Below, in pieces: positions 1 to 9,043 of a stretch of 64,000 nucleotides of DNA; position 1 is the first letter of the stretch; the number at the start of each line of letters is the position of its first letter. Under the pieces are notes generated by a model that was not told the origin of the DNA, did no database searches, and was given only the letters and a program-made list of their open reading frames with translations. The position numbers and the translations under genes are program-made. The DNA is from Candidatus Fermentibacterota bacterium (lineage in GTDB: Bacteria > Fermentibacterota > Fermentibacteria > Fermentibacterales > JCC-6), in assembly GCA_030609965.1 (NCBI GenBank), contig JAUWSQ010000004.1:217-64216 (forward strand), given 5' to 3'.

Positions 1-742
1 ACAAACCCCAGTTTTCACACTTACTGTCTGTCATGAACTGTGCCAGCTCCGCAATTTCAGGGAAGTGTTTCTCAAGCAGTGGAAGGAAGTCATTCCGTAA
101 ATTATACGGAAAAGGCTTACCCTCATGCCATACTGCTGACGAGGGTGAATAATGCTTAATCATAGTGTTGTTTGTCAAGGATGTACTCATATCCCTGTCC
201 CAGGCGCTGTACGCCCATGGAGTGGATACCCTGACATTCGGGTGAATAAGAACAGCATGGAAAAGAATAAGAGGGATTTCGGATAACCGGAAGCCCCGAC
301 CCTCTATCAAAGCAGCACCGCCTTTGATGAAAAATGGTACGTCACTTCCCAGGGTTTCCGCTATTTTAATGAGATCTATGTTCGAAGTACCGGTAAGCAG
401 ACTGAGCCCTTTCAGTACTGCTGCGGCATCACTGCTTCCCCCCCCAAGACCCGCGCAGGATGGGATATTCTTCTCAAGCTCGATTGTCACATCCAGTAGT
501 TTTGCAGTTCTGTTCATGAACGCATCGGCAGCCTTCCATGCAAGGTTCGATGAATCGGATGGAATATCCGCTGTGGAGCATGATAACGATATCGTGCCGT
601 TTCCAGGCTTTTTGGAGATTCGTAGATTGTCGCATAGTGAAATTTCGTGAAAAGCGCTTCGTATGTCGTGAAAGCCATCAGGCCTCCTGCCCAGGATTCT
701 CAATCCAAGGTTGATCTTCGCCCTGGCCTTGAGTGTAACCAT
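1..742 (-). CDS. ispE: 4-diphosphocytidyl-2-C-methyl-D-erythritol kinase (runs off the window's left edge; absent from ORF track)
   Basis: Manual translation from ATG 742: MVTLKARAKINLGLRILGRRPDGFHDI..., later KNIPSCAGLGGGSSDAAA and LGSDVPFF GHMP-kinase motifs. Confidence 0.93.
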   Translation of the reverse strand, partial: MVTLKARAKINLGLRILGRRPDGFHDIRSAFHEISLCDNLRISKKPGNGTISLSCSTADIPSDSSNLAWKAADAFMNRTAKLLDVTIELEKNIPSCAGLGGGSSDAAAVLKGLSLLTGTSNIDLIKIAETLGSDVPFFIKGGAALIEGRGFRLSEIPLILFHAVLIHPNVRVSTPWAYSAWDRDMSTSLTNNTMIKHYSPSSAVWHEGKPFPYNLRNDFLPLLEKHFPEIAELAQFMTDSKCENWGL

Positions 743-747
743 CACGA

Positions 748-1659
748 CTACAGAGTTGCTGTACCTGGATACAGTGTCAGAGCAGCGGCTACCGTAACAA
801 CCCACAGCAGGATATTGATAAGGAGAGGTTTGTCCTGCAGAAGCAGCTTGTCAGGGCTTCCGCCATGACCCTTTATATGGATAAGATAAAGGTATCTGAA
901 GACTCCATAAGTTACAAATGGAATGGTCAGCCAGAGTCTGGTGGAAACCAGCTCTAAAGTTCTTTCGCTGACAGTGTAGATGGAGTAGCCGATGATACTT
1001 GCCGCTGTAGCTATTCCCATCATTTCATCGAGCAGTGGGATGCTGTACTCCTCCAGGCTCTTCCTGTGGCTGGCTGCATCCTCACCAAGTGAGATGACCT
1101 CTGAGCGTCGTTTAGCGAAGGCCAGAAAAACAGCAAGAAAGAAGGTACATACGATAAGCCAGTAAGATATAGATACCTCGGTGTATCCAGCATCTATTGC
1201 GAGTGTTACCCCTGCTATTGCCCTTAGAACGAATCCAGCGGCTATTATAAGAACATCGAGAATAACGATGTGCTTCAGTTTTAAGGAATAACATAGCTGC
1301 ATCACAAAATAGATAGTGAGAATTACTGCGTAAGTCGGTGCCAGTATGTATGATCCTAGAAGTACACCCGCTGCGAGCAGAGCAGCTGCGATAGCAGCTG
1401 CAGGAACCGGGAGTGCTCCGGATGCTATTGGACGATCCTTCTTCTCGGGATGGCTGATGTCATTTTTCCGGTCAATAATATCGTTTAAAAGATATACCGA
1501 ACTTGAGAGCAGACAAAATCCCAACGCCCCAAGAGCGGTTATACCCACCGCTTCCGGATCGTTCCAGAGATTTGCGAAAAGAATCCCTGCAAAGACAAAG
1601 AGATTCTTCGTCCAGGATCTTATTCTAAGACTGCGCAGGAGAGCTGAAAACCTGTTCAT
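748..1659 (-). CDS. UbiA-family decaprenyl-phosphate phosphoribosyltransferase
   Basis: WTKNLFVF, YLLNDIIDRKNDISHPEKKDRPIASG, LAFAKRRSE motifs; multiple TM helices. Confidence 0.85.
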   Translation of the reverse strand: MNRFSALLRSLRIRSWTKNLFVFAGILFANLWNDPEAVGITALGALGFCLLSSSVYLLNDIIDRKNDISHPEKKDRPIASGALPVPAAAIAAALLAAGVLLGSYILAPTYAVILTIYFVMQLCYSLKLKHIVILDVLIIAAGFVLRAIAGVTLAIDAGYTEVSISYWLIVCTFFLAVFLAFAKRRSEVISLGEDAASHRKSLEEYSIPLLDEMMGIATAASIIGYSIYTVSERTLELVSTRLWLTIPFVTYGVFRYLYLIHIKGHGGSPDKLLLQDKPLLINILLWVVTVAAALTLYPGTATL

Positions 1660-1883
1660 AATCAGTATAATAACTCATGGGGCTATGATCAAACAGCCGA
1701 TCCGGTTGATACTCGGGGATTTGTTCTTTCGATAACTTACTCCCGGTAATTTTAGTATATTATCATCGTCATAGTTGCTCTGATTTATAGTTATTCAATT
1801 TAGATGTCCCCGGGACTGTTCAGTCCGGTTTACCAGACACACGATTTCTCAGCAAGTATTCTGTCTGAAACTGAAAGGCTGCT

Positions 1884-3944
1884 ATGCGAACAGTGCTGAT
1901 TCTGCTGATATCCATCTTCTCTTTGCTTGCGGCGGAGCAGTATACAATTCAGGAATTCGGTAATTCTCAGAATGGGAAAATAGAAACCCTTCTTGAACAG
2001 CCTCTCCTGATCCGAGTAACTGACTCCCGCAGCCAGCCCGTTGCTGGAGTAGCAGTGGAGTTCGGAATTAATTCAGATGAAGGCACACTTGCGTTTCCTT
2101 TTGAAGGTGAAAACCCTTTTATACTGGAAGGCGATACAGTATCGGGAGCCTTTTCAGCAGTGCTTGTCCATACGGATTCTGATGGGTATGCAGCTATTTC
2201 ACTGATGCTGGGCAGCACCACCAGCAATAATAAAGTTGAAGCACATGTATTTCTTCCAGATGGTTCGGAGGAGAGGGTTCATTTCTCTGCGCTGGCTGTT
2301 GATTTGCAGAGTATCATCTTCCAGATTCTTGGCGGTCTGGCAATTTTCCTGCTCGGTATGAAGATGATGTCAGAATCCCTTCAGACCGTAGCTGGAAACA
2401 GGATGAGGAGCATACTCAAAAGGGTAACCAGCAACAGAATGCTGGGACTGATGGCTGGTGCTCTTATGACAGCAGTCATTCAAAGCTCCAGTGCCACTTC
2501 AGTTATAGCAGTGAGTTTTGTGAATTCCGGTCTGATAGTTCTAAGGCAGGCCGTTGGTGTAATTATCGGTGCAAATATAGGTACAACCATCACAGGCCAG
2601 CTGATAGCCTTCAAGTTAACGCACTACGCCCTGCCCATAGTCGCAATCGGTTTCGCCATGTACGCCTTCGCTAAAACTCAGCGTATTCAGTTCTGGGGTA
2701 AGGTTATAGTCGGTCTGGGTCTTATTTTCCTCGGTATGACACTTATGAAGGATGTTCTTAACCCTCTTAAGACCAGTCTGGCTGTGCAGAACTTTTTCAT
2801 GAATTTCAGTACAAACCCTCTGCTGGCGATACTGGCCGGAACAGTTCTGACATCTATTATTCAGAGTTCAAGTGCTACGGTTGGATTAACCATGACGCTT
2901 GCCGGAGCCGGACTGATTAATCTGCAGGGGGCTTTCTACCTGGTTCTTGGTGATAATATTGGTACAACCGTCACCGCCCAGCTCTCCGCCATTGGCGCAA
3001 GTAGAGCAGCTAAGCAGACGGCCATGGCGCATACGCTTTTCAATGTAATTGGTGCTGTATACATGGGCTTGCTTATATCCAACAGCAGCGGTTTCGTTCT
3101 TAATTTCGTCAGATCTACTTCGGGTGATTCCCTGAGACAGGTGGCCAACGCTCATAGCATGTTCAATATTTTCAATGCGCTTCTCTTTTTGCCACTTGTC
3201 CCATTCCTGGCGAGATTGTGTCGATTCCTTATTCCAGACAGGGAGGAAGATAAGACCGACGAAGTTGAACTTATACTTGATGATAATCTTCTGGATTCTC
3301 CCGCCCTTGCAATTGATAACCTTGAACGTGAGATGGTCAAAATGTCCAGTTACGCTGAAGCCACAGTCAAAGGGGCTATATCCTGCTTTTTCAAAGGTCA
3401 TCCAAAATCGAACAGGATAATGTCCATGGAGGATAGAGTAGACTACATGCAGCGGGACCTCACCATCTATGCCTCAAAACTGTTCCAGCGCAATCTTGAT
3501 CAGAAACAGTCATTGAAACTGCCTGTTATCATTCATACGATAAATGACCTAGAAAGAGTATCGGACCATGCAGTTAATATCGTTGAAGCCCGGAACAGGA
3601 TATCCGGAACCTTCAAAATGGAACAGGGAGAACTGCCCAGGGCAGCTGAAACTGCAGCGAAGATCATAATCAAAATGCTTGCCTCCACAAGATTATCTCT
3701 TGAATCTCATGACAGAGAATCCGCCCATGCAGTCCTTACTCTTGAGTCAAGGCTCAACAGGCTCGAGGACGATGCCCGAAGAAGCTATACCGACTGCCTT
3801 ACCAGTAATGGGGAGGACGGGTTGAAGAGGCTTGCGCTGCTTGATTTTATAGAATATTGTGAACGTATTGGTGATCACCTCACAAACATAGCTCAATCCC
3901 TTGTTGGTGGAGGGGTATGGCATGGGACCGACGACATTCATTAA
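1884..3944 (+). CDS. Na/Pi cotransporter with C-terminal PhoU-like domains and an N-terminal signal peptide plus Ig-like domain
   Basis: Two QSSSAT repeats, GANIGTT/GDNIGTT, DLERVSDHAVNI and ERIGDHLTNIA PhoU motifs. Confidence 0.9.
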   Translation: MRTVLILLISIFSLLAAEQYTIQEFGNSQNGKIETLLEQPLLIRVTDSRSQPVAGVAVEFGINSDEGTLAFPFEGENPFILEGDTVSGAFSAVLVHTDSDGYAAISLMLGSTTSNNKVEAHVFLPDGSEERVHFSALAVDLQSIIFQILGGLAIFLLGMKMMSESLQTVAGNRMRSILKRVTSNRMLGLMAGALMTAVIQSSSATSVIAVSFVNSGLIVLRQAVGVIIGANIGTTITGQLIAFKLTHYALPIVAIGFAMYAFAKTQRIQFWGKVIVGLGLIFLGMTLMKDVLNPLKTSLAVQNFFMNFSTNPLLAILAGTVLTSIIQSSSATVGLTMTLAGAGLINLQGAFYLVLGDNIGTTVTAQLSAIGASRAAKQTAMAHTLFNVIGAVYMGLLISNSSGFVLNFVRSTSGDSLRQVANAHSMFNIFNALLFLPLVPFLARLCRFLIPDREEDKTDEVELILDDNLLDSPALAIDNLEREMVKMSSYAEATVKGAISCFFKGHPKSNRIMSMEDRVDYMQRDLTIYASKLFQRNLDQKQSLKLPVIIHTINDLERVSDHAVNIVEARNRISGTFKMEQGELPRAAETAAKIIIKMLASTRLSLESHDRESAHAVLTLESRLNRLEDDARRSYTDCLTSNGEDGLKRLALLDFIEYCERIGDHLTNIAQSLVGGGVWHGTDDIH

Positions 3945-4015
3945 ATTCGTCTACCGGCCAATGCACCATTGAGTTGACAATGACGTTCAATGTTGCGAGA
4001 TTTGTCTTGTTATAC

Positions 4016-4123
4016 CCGGTCAGAAATTGACCGGAGTTTTTGCAGATGGGAGAGGCCGAACCGCAATAGCGGTTCGCTGTTGCTTTCCCGCAAGCAGTCA
4101 TCCTCTTGCGGAAAGGACGACAG
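4016..4123 (+). promoter_or_regulatory. Structured 5' leader with RBS-sequestering hairpin and an alternative pairing
   Basis: Hairpins 4016-4034, 4057-4076 and 4083-4115 (last overlaps the GAAAGGA RBS); GGGAGAG 4048-4054 can pair instead with CTTTCCC 4083-4089. Confidence 0.45.
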
Positions 4124-5449
4124 ATGAGCAAGATCAGAACCTTGATCCTTGGCGCCGCCGGGCGTGATTTTCACAATTTCAACGTAGTCTACCGGGACAA
4201 TCCGGATTTCGATGTGGTAGCATTTACCGCAACACAGATACCGGATATTGATGGTAGGAAATATCCTGCGGAGCTTGCAGGTGATCTTTATCCCGATGGG
4301 ATTCCCATACTCGCTGAAGACGAACTTGAAAATATACTCATCGAGAAAGACATAGAACTCTGTGTCCTGTCATACAGTGATCTATCGGACAATACAGTTA
4401 TGGAACTCTGTTCAAGGGTCAATGCTGCAGGTGTTGATTTTACAATGCTTGGGGCAGAAAAAACCATGATTAAAAGTTCCAGGCCTCTCATCGCTGTCTG
4501 CGCGGTACGTACCGGATGCGGGAAAAGCCAGACAACCAGACGTGTGATAGATATTCTACATGCAGCTGGTAAGAAGGTAGTCGCCATCAGACACCCGATG
4601 CCATACGGAGACCTCGTTGCACAGAAGGTTCAGAGGTTTGCAACCCTTGAGGACCTGAAGAAACACAACTGCACCATCGAGGAAATGGAGGAGTACGAGC
4701 CTCATATAAGATGTGGAAATGTCATATATGCGGGAGTAGATTATGAGGCAATACTACGCGAGGCGGAAAAAGAGGCTGATATAATCCTCTGGGATGGTGG
4801 AAACAACGATACATCTTTCTATAAACCCGATATGACCATCACGGTGGTTGATCCTCACAGACCTGGACATGAGATATCCTACTATCCCGGACAGACTAAT
4901 CTCAGGCTTGCTGATGCTGTTGTTATAAACAAGATAGACAGCGCCTACCCAGAGGATGTTGATGAGGTCAGAGCCAATATCAGGGCTGTTAACCCTGATG
5001 CATTGATCATCGATGCTGCAAGCCCCGTGACGGTAGATAATCCCTCTCTCATAACCGGAGCTACTGTCCTTGTGGTTGAAGACGGACCAACGCTTACCCA
5101 CGGTGATATGGAGTACGGTGCGGGATTCGTCGCAGCCGAGAAATTCGGCGCGGCTGATTACGTTGATCCCAGACCATTTGCGGTGGGTTCCATAATCGAT
5201 ACATTCGAAAAGTACTACGCAGACAGGGAAGAAGCAGTTATTCTTCCTGCTATGGGCTATGGTGAGGACCAGATGAAGGATCTTCAACAGACTATAAACG
5301 CATCGGATTGTGATGCTGTTGTAATAGCAACTCCAATAGACCTTACCCGGATAATCAAGATCAATAAACCAGTTGTAAGAGTGGGATACGAACTCCAGGA
5401 GATCGGCAAACCTGATCTTCCTGAGATTCTCAAATCATTCATGGATTAG
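4124..5449 (+). CDS. arcE: COG2403 P-loop enzyme (annotated GTPase/cDPG synthetase-like); probable arginine synthetase
   Basis: GAAGRDFHNFN N-terminus, RTGCGKS P-loop, RHPMPYG, EEMEEYEPH, WDGGNND, EDGPT motifs; ATG 4124 follows RBS. Confidence 0.7.
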   Translation: MSKIRTLILGAAGRDFHNFNVVYRDNPDFDVVAFTATQIPDIDGRKYPAELAGDLYPDGIPILAEDELENILIEKDIELCVLSYSDLSDNTVMELCSRVNAAGVDFTMLGAEKTMIKSSRPLIAVCAVRTGCGKSQTTRRVIDILHAAGKKVVAIRHPMPYGDLVAQKVQRFATLEDLKKHNCTIEEMEEYEPHIRCGNVIYAGVDYEAILREAEKEADIILWDGGNNDTSFYKPDMTITVVDPHRPGHEISYYPGQTNLRLADAVVINKIDSAYPEDVDEVRANIRAVNPDALIIDAASPVTVDNPSLITGATVLVVEDGPTLTHGDMEYGAGFVAAEKFGAADYVDPRPFAVGSIIDTFEKYYADREEAVILPAMGYGEDQMKDLQQTINASDCDAVVIATPIDLTRIIKINKPVVRVGYELQEIGKPDLPEILKSFMD

Positions 5450-5473
5450 CTGGAGCAGAATAATGTTCATAAT

Positions 5474-5506
5474 GCAGAGGGCAGGATATTTTTCCTGCCT
5501 TTCTGC
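5474..5506 (+). terminator. Stem-loop after arcE (weak U-tract)
   Basis: GCAGAGGGCAGGA...TCCTGCCTTTCTGC inverted repeat. Confidence 0.45.
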
Positions 5507-5553
5507 GCAATCATCTGTCTATCTGTGCGATAGATAAGGGAGGTTCATGTTCA

Positions 5554-5925
5554 ATGGCTAAGAAATCCTCGTCTTCTAAAAAAACCTCCACCGGCAAGAA
5601 GAACGGCGGCAAGGTTGAGGAGGACAAGAAAACACCGAAGGGAAAACTCCGACCCGACCCCGATTCCTTCGTGCATGTTTTCCCGGAGTGGTGCAAAGGC
5701 TGCGGTATATGTGTTGAGTTCTGTCCCACTGGTGTTCTGCAAATGAAGGATCAGAAAGCCGTTGTTGCTTACCCGGAGAAGTGTGTCAGGTGTTATCTCT
5801 GTGCCAGAAGATGTCCCGATTTCGCGATAGGTATCAAGAACAGAGAGGGACGAGTCAACGATACTCAGGATAAAACGCAACATTTACCGGCAACGAAGGT
5901 AAAGGGAGAAGGTGATTCCAGGTGA
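5554..5925 (+). CDS. korD: 2-oxoacid:ferredoxin oxidoreductase delta subunit, 2x[4Fe-4S]
   Basis: CKGCGICVEFCP and CVRCYLCARRCP; first gene of overlapping kor operon. Confidence 0.88.
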   Translation: MAKKSSSSKKTSTGKKNGGKVEEDKKTPKGKLRPDPDSFVHVFPEWCKGCGICVEFCPTGVLQMKDQKAVVAYPEKCVRCYLCARRCPDFAIGIKNREGRVNDTQDKTQHLPATKVKGEGDSR

Positions 5926-7064
5926 TTGTGCCTTGGGGTGAAACCAGACTTGTACAGGGAAATGAAGCTGTTGCCCTCGGGGCAATTGCTGCAGGTATAG
6001 ATTTTTTCGCCGGTTATCCCATAACTCCCTCAACTGAGATAGCGGAGCTGCTTGCACAATACATGCCTCTGCTTGATAAAAAGTGGATCCAGATGGAGGA
6101 TGAAATTGCAAGCGTCAGCGCTCTGATAGGGGGAAGGCTCGCAGGCTCAAAGTCCATGACAGCCACCAGTGGCCCCGGATTCAGCCTTATGCAGGAAGGA
6201 CTTGGATACGCCTGCATGACGGAGGTTCCAATCGTGGTTGTAAATGTCATGCGGGGAGGACCCTCCACCGGCTTGCCCACACAGGCTGCACAGGGGGATG
6301 TCATGCAGGCAAGGTGGGGAACCCACGGAGACCACCCTGTGATAGCGCTCGCACCCTGCGATGTAAGGGAATGCTTCGAGCTGACCGTCAGGGCTTTCAA
6401 CCTCTCGGAGATATTCAGAACTCCCGTTATTCTTCTCCCGGATGAGATCATCGGCCATATGCGTGAAAGAGTTGTCTTTCCCCGGAAGGAAGATGTCCAT
6501 GTTGTGCCCATGTCAGTTCCTGACGTTCCCGTTGAATGGTATGAACATTACCATGAATCAACATCGAACGTTTCTCCCATGGCCAGTTTCGGCAGCGGGT
6601 ACAGATATCATGTTACGGGCCTCATGCATGATGTACATGGTTTTCCCACAAGAAAAAAGGACGAAGTACAAGCCAAGATGGACAGGCTCAAGCACAAGAT
6701 CACAAGAAGACTTGATGAACTTGAGGATGTTCGGATGCATGAAGTGGAGGAGAGTTCTGTAGTTATCTTTGCCTACGGTTCTGTTTACCGGTCAGCGCTT
6801 GCAGCACAGGCGATTCTGAAGAAGAAGAGGAAAACTGTCGGTATCTTCCGCCCTGTGACCCTTTGGCCATTTCCCGACAGAACGGTAAAGGAAATGCTGG
6901 ATTCCAAGGATGTTGTACTTGTACCGGAGCTGAATCAGGGACAGTTAATACACGAAGTTGAAAGAATGACCAGAGATTCTGTCAGAGTGGTCCCTCTTCA
7001 CCGGATAGACGGGTATGCGATTACACCTGAAGAGATCGTTGACGCCGTTTTGGAGGTGATCTGA
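5922..7064 (+). CDS. korA: 2-oxoacid:ferredoxin oxidoreductase alpha subunit
   Basis: GNEA, YPITPSTE, QMEDE, TATSGPGFSLMQE, RGGPSTG. Confidence 0.95.
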   Translation: MIVPWGETRLVQGNEAVALGAIAAGIDFFAGYPITPSTEIAELLAQYMPLLDKKWIQMEDEIASVSALIGGRLAGSKSMTATSGPGFSLMQEGLGYACMTEVPIVVVNVMRGGPSTGLPTQAAQGDVMQARWGTHGDHPVIALAPCDVRECFELTVRAFNLSEIFRTPVILLPDEIIGHMRERVVFPRKEDVHVVPMSVPDVPVEWYEHYHESTSNVSPMASFGSGYRYHVTGLMHDVHGFPTRKKDEVQAKMDRLKHKITRRLDELEDVRMHEVEESSVVIFAYGSVYRSALAAQAILKKKRKTVGIFRPVTLWPFPDRTVKEMLDSKDVVLVPELNQGQLIHEVERMTRDSVRVVPLHRIDGYAITPEEIVDAVLEVI

Positions 7065-7906
7065 TGTCTGCCACAATTCCTTACGAGTATAAGTATCTCA
7101 GAGCCAAGAAACGGTTTCCCCATGTATGGTGCCCCGGATGCGGTATAGGCATAGTTATGGGCTCCATAATCAGGGCTGTAGACGCCATGGGATGGGAAAA
7201 AGACGATATCGTAATGGTCTCCGGGATCGGATGCACTTCCAGAATGCCGGTATACGTTGATTTCAATACACTTCATGCAACTCACGGCCGTGGACTAGCG
7301 TTCGGAACCGGTGTAAAAATGGCAAATCCGGATCTGAATGTAATGGCTGTTTTGGGTGACGGTGACTCCCTGGCGATTGGTGGTAATCACATCATCCATG
7401 CCGCCAGGCGCAATATCGATATTACGGCAGTTATCGTTAATAACAATAATTACGGAATGACCGGAGGCCAGTTTTCTCCTACCACACCTCTCGGAGCCAG
7501 AACATCCACCACCCCTTACGGGATGATAGAACCCGGTTTTGATGTCTGCAGACTCATGGACGGAGCGGGTGCGTCGTTTGTCGCCAGGGGTACGGTTTAT
7601 CATGTGACTGAACTCGATAACATGATTCTGAAGGCATTCAAGAAAAAGGGTTTCAGTGTTGTTGAGGCTCTCGCTCCATGCCCGACTAATTTCGGCAGGG
7701 CGAACCGCCTGGGAGGCCCGGTTGAGATGATGAAGCTTCTCAAGGACAACACGATAAATTTAAGTCAGCTGAAAGCCATGAAACCCGATCAGACAGAGGG
7801 TAAGATCGTCCGTGGCATCTTTGTCGACAATGATTCCATCTCATATGGTGACAAATACGCGGCACTCTGCGAAAATGCCAGGAAGGCAGCGGAGGCAGGG
7901 AAATGA
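7064..7906 (+). CDS. korB: 2-oxoacid:ferredoxin oxidoreductase beta subunit (TPP-binding)
   Basis: WCPGCG, SGIGC, HGR, GDGD...GGNH, YGMTGGQFSPT. Confidence 0.95.
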   Translation: MSATIPYEYKYLRAKKRFPHVWCPGCGIGIVMGSIIRAVDAMGWEKDDIVMVSGIGCTSRMPVYVDFNTLHATHGRGLAFGTGVKMANPDLNVMAVLGDGDSLAIGGNHIIHAARRNIDITAVIVNNNNYGMTGGQFSPTTPLGARTSTTPYGMIEPGFDVCRLMDGAGASFVARGTVYHVTELDNMILKAFKKKGFSVVEALAPCPTNFGRANRLGGPVEMMKLLKDNTINLSQLKAMKPDQTEGKIVRGIFVDNDSISYGDKYAALCENARKAAEAGK

Positions 7907-8514
7907 AGAAATACTATGAGATAAGACTCTCAGGCGCGGGCGGTCAGGGACTGGGTCTCGCAGGTAGAGTATTCTCCGAGGCAGCTATTGATTCGGATTA
8001 CAATGTGTGCCAGACTCAGAGCTATGGTCCGGAAGCAAGAGGAGGAGCAAGCAGAACGGATATAATTATTTCGAAAAAAGAAATTCTGTATCCGAACTGT
8101 AGAAATCTCGACATACTTCTGGCAATGAACCAGGAAAGTGCCGACAAATTTGGTAAATCAGTTAAGGATGATGGGATTATTCTGGTGGACACAACCTTTG
8201 TGAACCAGATTCCCGAGGGCAGAGTGTACGAATACAGCCTTACCAGTATAAGCATCGAGGAGTTCAATACTCCCATGACGGCGAATATTATTGCCGTTGG
8301 CATGCTTGCTTCAATCACAAGGTTGTTTACACTGGATGCCTGGGTCAGAGCCTTGAAGGAGAGGGTTCCTCGGCGGTTCATTAAGATGAACCTTAAGGCC
8401 TTCGAGCTCGGACATAAAGAGGGCCGCGAGATCCTTCATGTGGAGGAGGGAAGGATCCCCGTTGCTTACGATAGAAAGCAGCCGGTACCGGATTGTCTTA
8501 AGAACGATATCTGA
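7903..8514 (+). CDS. korC: 2-oxoacid:ferredoxin oxidoreductase gamma subunit
   Basis: GAGGQG, SYGPEARGG. Confidence 0.93.
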   Translation: MKKYYEIRLSGAGGQGLGLAGRVFSEAAIDSDYNVCQTQSYGPEARGGASRTDIIISKKEILYPNCRNLDILLAMNQESADKFGKSVKDDGIILVDTTFVNQIPEGRVYEYSLTSISIEEFNTPMTANIIAVGMLASITRLFTLDAWVRALKERVPRRFIKMNLKAFELGHKEGREILHVEEGRIPVAYDRKQPVPDCLKNDI

Positions 8515-8532
8515 TTGGTGAGCAGGATATAA

Positions 8533-8566
8533 AAACCGGTGGCAATCGAAAGAATGCCACCGGTTT
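8533..8566. terminator. Bidirectional intrinsic terminator
   Basis: AAACCGGTGGCA...TGCCACCGGTTT between convergent genes. Confidence 0.8.
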
Positions 8567-8572
8567 CTGTAT

Positions 8573-8962
8573 TTAGAGTTTCTCTATGTGATCAATAAAT
8601 TCGTGTACAACGAAAGCTCTTATAGTATTGCTATCCGGATCGCATGGTGTCATGAAGAACCCTATTTTGTTGGGATTGTAGCCCATCCCCACTCCTACCA
8701 TTTTCTCACCATCGCTGAAATGGACTCGAAGTTTTGCACCGTAGACCTGCTGAGAATCATCGAAATCGGAGGCTTCACGGTAGTTTGGATTCCCATCGAA
8801 TTCCTTTACTATAAAAACTGCCTTCAGCCTGTTAACGTAAACGACCTCAGTCTTCTGATCACTTTTATGTGTAAGATGAAACATTGCCCGGTTAGGTGAG
8901 AAGTCACTTGTAAAACCCTTTTGAATTCCGCCATCAGCGTATCGAACGACAATCTTGTTCAT
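8573..8962 (-). CDS. Conserved hypothetical protein (DUF6982-like)
   Basis: KIVVRY.DG..KG.T.DF.P, LKAVF.VK.F.G, GFF.TP.DP.SN pattern. Confidence 0.6.
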   Translation of the reverse strand: MNKIVVRYADGGIQKGFTSDFSPNRAMFHLTHKSDQKTEVVYVNRLKAVFIVKEFDGNPNYREASDFDDSQQVYGAKLRVHFSDGEKMVGVGMGYNPNKIGFFMTPCDPDSNTIRAFVVHEFIDHIEKL

Positions 8963-9043
8963 TCACCACTCCCTGTCAGCATTAAGTCATATTGTATTTG
9001 CGAATATAGTGCAGCCCACTCCTGTCAACGAGGGTCTCTGCGG

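Noticed and set aside
324-868. Plus-strand ORFs here, and the many other short nested ORFs in the track
   Set aside because: Antisense or alternate-frame shadows of well-supported genes (here ispE and the UbiA-family gene)
1803-1883. Na+/fluoride-type riboswitch before the Na/Pi transporter
   Set aside because: Only a short GGACTG/CAGTCC hairpin; no recognisable consensus
4045-4076. Glycine riboswitch (GGAGAG..CCGAA)
   Set aside because: No downstream CUCUCAGG core, and the spacing is wrong
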